Origin: Azolla caroliniana
Lineage: Eukaryota > Plantae > Polypodiophyta
NCBI GenBank assembly: GCA_043228905.1
Contig: JBHGNT010000014.1
Span: 16,492,001-16,556,000, forward strand
Reading direction: 5' to 3'
Length of the DNA: 64,000 nt
Shown: positions 49,801-60,193 of the stretch, piece after piece
Layout: each line of letters opens with the position of its first letter
Position numbering within the stretch: the first letter of the stretch is position 1
Notes under the pieces: model-generated
Told to the model about the DNA's origin: nothing
Databases searched by the model: none
The model's input: the letters and a program-made list of their open reading frames with translations, nothing else
Program-made: the position numbers and the translations under genes

Positions 49801-52800
49801 CCCGAACGCCAATTTTTCTCCGGAGAAGGTGAGTCGTGCGTTTTTGAGCCTTTGCAGCACCTTCTCGCAGTCGGTGATGTGGTTCACGACGAACCTCTGG
49901 CATCTGTTTGGCCCGACAGTCTCGTCCGCATCATCCACCGGACACCCCTTTATCAGGATGTCGTCCAAGAATGGCATGGTGATGTCCGAGATGCAGTCCC
50001 TCAGCACCTTGTTCATTGCGTTCACCATATGCGCCACCGAATTCGTCCCCCCTTGTGGTAGGGTACACATCCGTACTAGGCCGAGAGGGGTTCACATCGT
50101 CGTGATATCCCTACTCTCCACGGCTAGCTGGAACTGGTCGTACCCCGAGTATAAGTCACCAACCGAATAGATCGACCTTCCAGCGAAGGCCTCCGCGAAC
50201 TCGTCTATGGTCGGTCCGATTTCTGCATTACGGATGGTCACCCTGTTGACCGGTTGCAGGTTCTGAATGAAGCGTAGCGTGCCGTTCTTCTTCAGCATCG
50301 TAAACCAACGATTCGAATACGGGGCACTCGACGGTTCAAGGATGCCCATCTCCACCTTTTGCTTCAAAAGCTCCATCAACTTCGGGATGTGAGCTCTCGG
50401 CACCGGAATCGGTTTGAGATTCCACGGTACATGCGGTACCGTGAAGATCACCATCGGTTCGACAATCGTCGGGTCCACGCACCCAATCTCCTCCGGCGAG
50501 AACGCAAAGGCTTTCCCATGCCTTCCGAGCATTCTCCGAAACCTGTCCTCCTCCGCCGCAGTAGAAAGCCACCCCCACTGACCGTAGCATTATGTCGGTG
50601 AACCGGTGCCCTATGCCAGCCGGATTCCGTAAACTTGGGTTTGACGCGACCCCTTTTATTCGCTCCTCGCTGCCCTTCGGCAAGGGTGCCGCGTTTGGCC
50701 TCACCTTCCGGTCCACAGTCTTGTACTTTGTATCCACGCGGGCCATCCGATCCGACCCGATCCTTTCCCTGAAGTCCGTGATGACTTCGTACATTCCCAT
50801 CGAACTAATCGGAATGGTCCGGTCTTCTCTAAGGTCTTCACCGATCACCTTTCGTAACTCGCCCAAGGTGTCATAAAAAGAGACCGCCTCCATGGCGCCG
50901 CTGATTTCTTCGTCGGGGGAGAGGACTCCGCATCCCCTGAGCCGCTCCTCCGCTCGCTTCCTCTCCTGGCCGCTGACGCCGGCTATAGTACAACCTCCGT
51001 TTTCGGAGAACCAAAACTTCCTACCTACTGAACATGTGTGGGGTTCTTCCGATACGTCCAGACTACTGCGGCCCCACGCCTTGATAGCCCTCTCTAAAAA
51101 TCCCCTCAGTTGTTGCCGTCGAGGGTCTCGCGATTCCTCTCATGGTTCAGACGTACGGTCATGAATTTGACGGAATGCCGACCGTCCTGGCTCTTGATGC
51201 GCGCGTACGCCGAACCGTTGTCCAGCACCTTCGTCTCCATGCGTGTTGCTATAATGTATGGTTCGCCGAGAATCACCGGGCGTGAGGATGTTTCCTGCAC
51301 GAAGAAATGTTTATCTATCTCAACGTCACCGACCTTTACGCGTATGTTCAAGCATGCACCATGCAGCTCCTCCGTAGCATGCGTCGCCGCGCGTATCTTC
51401 CACCCATGCTTGGTGTTGATCGGCCATTTACCCCTCTTGTAGAAATCCATGGACATCAGGTTGATTTCAGATCCATGGTCTACCAAGGCCACCACCGGTT
51501 CCGGAACTTCACCGATCCACACAGGGGTTTCCGTAGTTGCCCTGGTCCAATGCGGCTTTGCATAGTGGCTTTCCGCCAACTCGTCTTCTAGGGCCGTTTC
51601 TTCTAAGTGCATAGTCCGCACCTCCACCGGCTTCTCCGGTTCTGGCTCCGTCGATAGCCTCTTCCGCTTCACCAAGTCTACGATGGAGTCGTGGAACTCC
51701 CTCTTGGTGATTCCCAGCACCTCCCGCAACGACAACTCCACTTTACTATCGAGCATCTGCTCTTCAAGGACCTTCTGTAGGTCTGTTGCTCTCTCAATTT
51801 CGGTGCTCAACCGAAACCCCGCCTGCTTCTTTCCGTCCAGCGCGCCTGGGTTGCCGGCACCGGTCGGTTTCGGTCTGAATCGGGTCTCGTACCTCTGAGG
51901 GGGACCGACCCCCCCGGCCTTTCCTGCCCTTTTGTCTTCCACCAGAACCTCGTAGTTCTGGCAAGCGGCTTCTACGAAGCCTATTTTCTCTTCGACCGGA
52001 TCGTCCCATCCGGTGACCTCCTGAACCTGCTGCTCCGCGCGGTCCGCCTCTTCCTTCTTCAGCCGAACTCCGGAGAGGCCTTCTAGCACTAGCGGCCAGA
52101 ATCCGAAGTCCTTCACCTTTCGGGTCTCATCACCCCCGACACGAATTCCCGCCTACACTGAGTAGTTAACGACTTCTACATGCCGTGCCGCGGCCTCTTC
52201 CATCAACCTCTTCATTCCGCCCCGCCCCGTATTTAGTTCTAGGGCTCTCCGGGTGTCGCTCGCGTGGACCCGCCCGTTCCAGAGGTACACCACGTTGGTC
52301 CTGAGCGCGTCGGCGAAATCCATGCAATCCTTTCGAATGTGACCGATCGCGTCACACCATATGCACCGCTGCCCAGCCGCCGACCTCCGGTCGCGAGGTT
52401 GTTTGCCGTTGTCTCTCCGTGCCTATGCGATCTGCGGGTCGCGCACCATCTTTGTCAGCTCCTCCGGATGGGCCTCTGACCACGTCATTCGATGCCGACC
52501 CCGACTCCAGCCAAATTCGGGTCTCTTCCTTCCTACCAGCTGGCACCGATACCGGCTCCTCGAGCCTCCTTAGCGGAACCGGCCTTGACCTCGACGAGCT
52601 TTCGTCGCTCCAATCGCGCCGTTTGTCGAAACGGCTGCAGACCCGTTTTACCACGACCTAGTCTACCGTGAGCCCTTCGTCCGTTTCCAATAGGGGACCC
52701 ACCTTTTCCCTGTCGAGTGCGTCCACCGACTTGACAAACAGTAGTACTCGACTCGTTTTGAGCACGGTCCGGTCTAGCGTCGACAACCGCGCGAACCGTT

Positions 52801-53322
52801 TTTCGAACTCCTTTAGGAGCGCCGACGTGTTCCTCCCTTTTCCGGGGCTTTCCACCCACGCCATGAAGTCCCGCCTCGACAGCCGAAGCGAGTCGTCAAA
52901 CCCGTACTTCTCGAGGAGCTGCAGCTCGAACTCCTCCCAAGTCTAGCATCCGGCCATCACCTCGAGCACCTCCGCGTGGATGCTTGGCGTCACCACCCGA
53001 GGGAATCCGGACAACCGCCTGTCCATCGGGATATCCCTCATGATCATTTCGGCCTGGTAAGCCTCCAAATAACTTGTGGCGTCTTTCCCTCCGAACCAGC
53101 CTATAGTGCCGACGATCGATTCAATGGCTCTGTCGAGGGTACCTGTCCCCTCATGAGCGCTTACCAGCCAGTCGACGGCTACCACCATTACCTCTGCTAG
53201 CTCCGATCCCCTCATCTTTCGACTCCTTTGCCGCCTTTTCATGTCGGGTTCACCAAAGATGTCGCGTTGTTACGTGCTTGTTGTAGAAAGAGGCGGGACC
53301 ACGGGGGCCTTGAACCGAGGAG

Positions 53323-53366
<44 letters not shown>

Positions 53367-53973
53367 AGAGGAGAAGAGATTTGCAGATACGCAGAAGGGA
53401 GAAGGAAAGAGAAAGAAACGGAACACTTAATTACAGTATCAGTCGATTACAATATCAAGAGATTACAAACTCTGACGATTACAACCGGCAAGGCGGTGAT
53501 GGACCTGACACGGGGATCCTACTCATGCACACAGACAGAACACACTGGACCCCTAAAACAAGAAGCGTAGAAGGGAGCGTCTCTGTTGGCAGCGCACGGG
53601 CTACCCATGAAGCAGAGGCGTCGAACTCCCAGCACCCACAGAGAATGACGATCGGAGGAGGAGAGAGAGCTCGACACTTGGTCCTGCAACACTTCGTCCT
53701 CCCTATCGCGCGATACCTTTTCTTCCTTCTCTCCCTCCTTAAATAGTTCGCAAAAAGGGAGACCCTTCTTCCTTAGTCCAATTGCTTTTTTCCTTGTCCC
53801 CTTCGACAGAGATACGCACAAATCCCCTAATAAATGTGTACTACCTAGTATTTGCATCAGCCGACCTAATTACGAATTATGTACAAAATATCAATTCTCG
53901 CGTCCACCCGTGTAAGAGCCGGTTCATGCGCCCTTTTCTCCGATTCCGCCCATGGCCGGTTTTCTTCACGAAA
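46874..53973 (-). mobile_element. Gypsy-C: full-length degenerate tRNA-Trp-primed Ty3/Gypsy nested in Gypsy-B gag (LTRs 46874-47572 and 53260-~53973)
   Basis: Paired ~700-bp LTRs; PBS TGGTGAACCCGACATGA (minus, ~53239-53255); gag-PR 51094-53242; RT/RH 48901-50893 (LPQGGTNS, PFLDD); INT 47476-48800; scattered stops and frameshifts; TSD not cleanly preserved. Confidence 0.93.
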
Positions 53974-55983
53974 TCTCTTTTCCTTTCTTCACAAGTTCAT
54001 CAACTTCCATTCGAGAAGGTTGGTTCGATCCACCGGGCTTCATGCTTGTTTCTCCTATCTCTTTTCGTGGCGTAGGTTGGGCTTGTCCTTCTTTCCTTGC
54101 ATTCCTCGTATTGTGACGCTTTGATGTGCCATCTTCTTCACCGGTTCTTTTCCTCTTCTCTTCGACAAGAGCTTCATAGTTGTCACACACAACCTCCGCA
54201 AAGCTCGTGTTATCGTCGACTGGATCCGACCATCCGGTAACTCGTCGCACATTCCGATCAGCAAGTTGTAGATCCTCCAAATCGATTTTGCCTTTCTTTT
54301 CGCACTCAAATACCGTTGGCCAAAACCCAGCTCCCGGCTTGATCATCTTTAGGTTCTCTCTTCCAACTCGTATCCCGGCCAATGCGGCATAGTGCATGGC
54401 TTCTACATGCCTTGCATCTTCCTCTTCTATGATCTTATTCAGCCCGCCTCTTCCAAAGTTCACTCGTAGTGGCTTCCGGGTCTCGCTCGAATGAATCATG
54501 TTGCCATCCAAATAGACGACGTTCTTGCGAATCGCGTCTTGCAAGTCAGTGCACTCCCTTCGCGAGTGCTCGAAACTGTTGCACCACACACATCTATACG
54601 CTTCTTTTACCTTGGGCCCGCGTCGACCTAAGTTGGCGAACGATACCGCTTCAAATTTCTTGGAGAGCTCTTCGATTATGGATTCTTCCATCGCTTTCTT
54701 GTCGAAATTGTTGATCAGCTTGCTAGGCTTGATCGTCATAGGCGCTTTCCTCCTCCATGATTGTGGATTCTCCATATTAGTTTCCTCTTGCCATTGTCGA
54801 TGCTTATCAAGATGGCTACAAGCCTTCTTCACCGCCGCCCAGTCCGCTACCAAACCATTTGGTTGTGTTTTGTCCTCCAAAAAGTTGCCCAATTCTCGTC
54901 AATCTTTTGCATCCATTACCTTTAGGAATTGTAGGACTTTATCTCCATCGAGAACTCGTTGATTAACATTCAGAAGTCGATTGTACTTCTGGTCGAATTC
55001 GGCATATACTCCAGACGCACACATATTCTTGCTTTTCTTCTCGATCCACGTCATTAGTGTATGTCGAGTCATCCGTGATGCGTCTTCAAGCATGTATTCA
55101 GTGAGAAGCACCTTTTCGAACTCCACCCAAGTTGTGTGCTCGTTTTGGATCTCCATGACATGCTCGCGGATCCCTGGTTCCACCACATGTTTGAAGCTAG
55201 TAATTTGTTTGAGATCGTTGACATCCCTCTACTACATCTCGTTCCGATAGGTAGCAAGAAAATTCGTGATGTTCTTGCCACCAAATCGTCAAGCTATCTC
55301 GACTGTACGATCAACAACTTTGTCAATTAAAGCTTCTCGATCTCTCACCTTCAGCATGTATTCCACTACGGACAACATACCTTTCATTAATTCCTCTCCT
55401 TGAGTTCTACTTGTCGAAGCAATCGTTGTACTTGACATCCTCCCTACCGCCTCTTCACGTTGGGTTCACCACTTAATTATGTCGTGAGAATCCGTCATTA
55501 TGTGTGGATCGTGAGACGGAACCTCCGGGGTTATGGACCAGAACGAATTAGTACACACACGCACAACACAAGCAAGATTCACATATAAGATAAGTAGATG
55601 AGAGGAAACATTCTTTTATTGCAAAAGAAATCGATTCTTTATAAACTTAGAATCATGTTACAATGGATTGGATATGAAAATGAGAGATAAATCTTTTAAA
55701 GAAAGGAGCCAACATCCATATAAGGAGTGGTCCAATATGAATATGAGAGATTATTCTTGAAAGGAAGGAGCCAACAACCATGTAAGGAGTGGTTCGATAT
55801 CAATATGAGAGAGATTTCTTCCCCCAAGGAATGAGAGAGAGAAGAAGAAGAAGAAAAAACAAATTACAGGGAAAAAATGTAACTTATATCGAGCTCTTTG
55901 TTGATCCCCCTTCCCAATGTTACTTTGCATCTCAACCCACACGACGACGAAGAAGAAGAAGAAGAAGAAGAAGAAGAAGAAGA

Positions 55984-57896
55984 CATGGGCCACGTTCGAG
56001 AAACTGAAAGAGAAATACTGGTGGCCGGGGCTGTACCGGGATGTGTACCAGTTCGTGACGACGTGTGAAAGCTGTCAGTTGCACTCCACAGTCCGACATC
56101 GAGATGAGCTACACCCGACCTACCCGCCAACCGTCCATTTCAAGTGGATGGTAGACCCAGTGGCGATGCCAATGGGGGTAGGGCAGATGCGTCACCTAGT
56201 GCTTGTGCGGGAGGATTTGACGAACCAGGTGGAGGGCCGCGCATTGCAGAAATAGACGACTGCGGTGGTGTGCCGGTACAGGTGCATAGGGAAGATCATG
56301 GTGGACCGAGGAGAGCTAAACGCGCAAGAAGCTGAGAAGTTATTCGATCGGCTAGGGGTCAAGCTCTGTCTCACCACGACATACAATCCAAAGGCCAACG
56401 AGAAGGTAGAACGCGGGCACGGGCCGATCGTGAAGGTGTTGGTACATGCGTGCGATGGACAGGTCGGGAATTGGCCGCAACTCCTTCCTTACACGTTGTG
56501 GGCGGACCAGACTACGCACAATTCAGTAATAGGGTTCATGCCAGCGAAGCTGATGTACGGGCAGAAGCCTATCATGTTGGTGGACCAGACGATTTCCTCC
56601 TAGGCAGTGATAGATTGGAGAGACAAGATGAGCCGGGAGGAGCTGTTGGCGGTGCGGATTTGACAGCTCGAGCGAAGACCGGAGGACGTGGAGCGTGCAA
56701 AGGCGAAGCTACATGCGGCGAGGGAGAAGAACAAAGACCGGTTCGACCGGACGCACCGGCTGCGGCCAAAGAAGATCGAGGAAGGCGACTAGGTGTTGGT
56801 GTACGACAACAGCCTCGACAACCAGCACAAGGCAATGCACAAATTCACGAGGAGGTGGTTCGGGCCCTACACCGTAACGAGCGCGAATGACAACGGGACG
56901 TATCATCTTGCGGAGCTCGATGGGACACGATTAACAGTGCCGGTAGCCGGGAAGCAGATCAAGGCGTTCAAGAAGTGGCATGAGGATGAGCTGGACCCGG
57001 GAAGCATGACCAACGATGACGACCGGTTCAGAGTAGACGAGGATTCGGGAAGTGACGGATGATTACGGGCCGGTCTTCTCCGGCGATTGTTAGTGTTTGG
57101 CGCATACCAGTGGATGTGCGGTTTGGTGGGGGTGGATGTCGTGAAGAAAACCGGCCCTAAGAGGAATCAAGGAATTAAAGGCGTGAACCCGCCCTTGCAT
57201 GAGTGTGCGCAAATTGATACATTGTAGATAACTAGGAATAGGACGGCTGATGTAAATATACTAGGTATGACATATTTATTAACTAGGAAATCGACGCGTA
57301 TCTCTGTTCTAAAGGACAGAGAATAAAGTTGATGTGTTTGATGTAACGACCTCCTCTGCGACCTATAAAAGGGAGGGGAGAAGAAGAAGAAGGGATCGCG
57401 TTTTGGCGAGGACGAGGTGCTGTCAGACTGGGTATCGAGCTCTCTCCTCCTCTATCGTTGCTCTCTACTCTGTTTTTGCGTCGGTTGCCTCTGCTGCGCA
57501 TAAGCCCGGGTGCTTCCAGCAAAGGCTCCATCGTGCATTCTCTGTGTCGTGTGTGTGCGCGTGGGTTCTCTGTGTCGGGTCTATTGCCGACTTGCTGGTT
57601 GTAATCTTGCATACATTGTAACCTTGCTAGTTATTGAATTCAAACTTCTGTTTTCTCTCTTTGGTGTTCTCGCGAGTTTCCTCTACCTTGTCCAGTGAGC
57701 GTGTATCAGGTTCGGAGACTATACGCGTTCAGGTCATATTCGGCCAGTAACACTGTCCGCAACGAGCAGGCCTAGCCGGCGATAGGCTCGCGTATATCTC
57801 TCTCTCACTTTTGGTTTCGTAAACCCCTCAGTCCAAGGCCCTCACGGTCCCGCCTAAGTTTCTCCTGCATGAGCGGAACCACACGACAACGCGACA
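55984..57896 (+). mobile_element. Gypsy-D: 3' fragment (integrase, PPT, 3' LTR 57137-57896) related to Gypsy-C
   Basis: WATFEKLKEKYWW...REDLTNQVEGRAL...WFGPY; PPT GGTTTGGTGGGGGTGGA; LTR TGTCGTGAAGAAAACCGGCC...AACGCGACA with the same termini as Gypsy-C. Confidence 0.88.
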
Positions 57897-58403
57897 ACAA
57901 GAGATTGGGCCTCTGTTGGAAGCGCTCGGGCTTTCCACGAAAACAGAGGCAACCTCTCAACTTGCAGATAATGATCAAAGACAGAGGAGAAGAGCATGCG
58001 TTTAGTCCGACAACACTTAGTTCGACAACGCGTGATCCCCACTCATCCCCTTTTCCTCTCCTTTTATAGCACAAGGAGAGAGAGCCGTTACAGACTTGTT
58101 ACATCACCTTTTGGACAAAGATCTTCCTTGATTCCCTACCTAATGAATTCGTGCTACCTAGGATAATTACATCGCTGACCCGTACTTAACAATGTAAATA
58201 TATCAAAACATGTGCCCGTGTGTAAGGGCCGGTTCACGCACACTACCCACCAATTCCTCCTAGGGACGGTTTTCTCCAAGACAACGTGCATCCTAACCGC
58301 GCAATGTACGCATTTGCCCGTTTGTCTAAATCGTCCACACGGCCATGCACGCGTACGCCTTAAACTTGCACACGCGCGTACGTCCAAAAACGTGCACACG
58401 CGC
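57897..58403 (-). mobile_element. Fragments of related Gypsy LTRs
   Basis: 57897-58283 ends TTTTCTCCAAGACA (reverse complement resembles the C/D LTR start); 58330-58400 resembles Gypsy-B LTR 32895-32967. Confidence 0.55.
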
Positions 58404-60193
58404 TATCGTAGTGTAATTCGCACACTACGTGAAAATTGCATTGTGGTTTCTCCGGATGGGACAAGGAGGAACCGGATGAAGGAGGAACCGGCAAGGAAGA
58501 CCCAGTAAGGAGAACCGGTCAAAACCGGATGGAGGAACCCGCAAGGAGGGCCCGGTAAGAACCAGATAAAGGAGAACCGGCAAGAGCCGGATAAAGAAGG
58601 CCGGTCTCTCACCGGATGAAGAGACAAATTTATAAATAGAAGAAAAGATTGTTACATGCATAGGGCAAGATTCAAACCCTGTACCTCCACGTAGACAAAC
58701 CCCAACCTTACCATTGTACTAACTTATCCTAAGTGTTCTAAATATAGATTTAATACGTATACGACCTTTCTTTACGCCTACCTTTATTAAAAGGTAAGTC
58801 ATGCATTTTTAGAATGCGTGAATACTTTATTTATAAGAAGAATGTACACCAATAAAAAATTACTCATGCACATCTAGCGAGCATGAGCACTATATTTAGG
58901 AAATAAAAGCATAGTGTAAAAAGCAACTCATGCACATTTAGTGTGCATGAACACTTTAGAAAAAGCATGAAGCTATGCTTAGCCTTTTCCATCCTTATAT
59001 AAGGAGGAGAGAAAGATGTATGAGGTTGTTGATTATTTTTACAAGGATTGATCAATCTAATATATTCGTGGGATTCACGAGTTTATCATAAAAATTCTCT
59101 TTCTTACAATCTAAATATTGATAAAATACACTAAAAACGTGGGATTCATAAGTTTTATTTCTTACTTCTCTCTCTACCTATTCATAACTAGCCTTATATT
59201 GTATTCTGCTTTCTCCTAGTCCAAAACCTCAGTGGTTCCCACCGGACTCACGCAACGATCTAGAGCCGAAAGGCACGACACAAGTGGTGAACCCGACGTG
59301 AAACCGGGTGGCAAGGAGATGGAAATTCAACCAGAGGCTAACAACATGATGGTGATGTTCGAGCGGATGCTACAAGACCAACGCGCTGTCGTAGTGTATT
59401 TTGTACACTACGTGAAAAACGTATATAGTATTAGATTCAATAAAAAATGAAGAAATAGAAGAAAATAGCAAAATAAATGGAACATGCATAGGGCAAGATT
59501 CAAACCTTGCACCTCCATGTTAATAATGTAATGTCTTACCATTACACTAGCATTTCATTAGTGTTAAAGCATAGATGTCCCACATAGAAAGGTAAATTCA
59601 CGCTAGGATAAACATTAGAAAAACGCATAACAAAAGAAAAAGCTACACATACACATCTAGCGTGCATGATAAAAAACGCACAAGTTAGAAAAAAGCATGA
59701 TCACTTTAGATAAAGCATATAGTCTATCTATAGGAAAAGCATGGGGTCTATAGTTAGAGAAAAAGCATGGATTACTAAGACTTCCTCATCACTACATAAG
59801 GATGGGGAGCACAATGTAATTGTGTGTGAAAAATATTTGGAAACTAGATATGTTTCTAAAAAACACCAATTAATAAACTATACTCGTGGGATTCACGAGA
59901 ATTCTATATCATTCTCTTTCAACCGAAGTTTATATTCTTATATTCATATTGATTAATCTAATACAATACACTCGTGGGATTCACGAGTTTGCTATAACTC
60001 TTTCTTACAACATATTTATATTCTTATTAGCCTTAAAACTCTCTTCTTCCTAGTCCAAAACCCCAGTGGTTCCCACCCGACTCACGCAAACGATCCGGAG
60101 CCGAAAGGCACGACAGCGCGATGTCGGAGATTGCAACGGCAGTAGAGCGGCTCGTGCAAGGGAACGGGCAATTCAATGGGAAAATGTTGTCCG
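58404..60193 (+). mobile_element. Gypsy-E: 5' LTR (58404-59280), tRNA-Trp PBS and gag start, interrupted by a related solo LTR (59387-60115)
   Basis: Both LTRs run T(G/A)TCGTAGTG...GCCGAAAGGCACGACA; PBS TGGTGAACCCGACGTGA at 59285-59301; gag MEIQPEANNMMVMFERMLQDQRA continues after the solo LTR as MSEIATAVERLVQGNGQFNGK; solo-LTR TSD GCGC. Confidence 0.85.

Larger units (their letters stand above)
32006..55930 (-). mobile_element. Gypsy-B: tRNA-Trp-primed non-chromovirus Ty3/Gypsy, degenerate, host of nested elements (3' LTR 32006-33265; 5' LTR 55480-55930, truncated)
   Basis: Matching LTRs start TGTCGTGAGAATCCG on +. PBS TGGTGAACCCAACGTGA (minus, 55456-55472). Gag with CX2CX4HX4C (53966-55400), PR (46187-46873), RT (44700-45731), RNase H (34530-35004 plus 44419-44683), INT with GPY (33330-34517). 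PPT GGTTTGGTGGGGTGAA. Confidence 0.92.

Noticed and set aside
59232-59280. GCCGAAAGGC hairpin at E-LTR ends suggesting a hammerhead ribozyme
   Set aside because: No CUGANGA core or GAAA junction in the required arrangement; only a GNRA hairpin.
58404-60115. Two similar LTRs around ~100 bp suggesting a TRIM
   Set aside because: No PPT, the LTRs are too divergent, the second has its own GCGC TSD, and gag continues after it; it is a solo LTR inserted in a relative.
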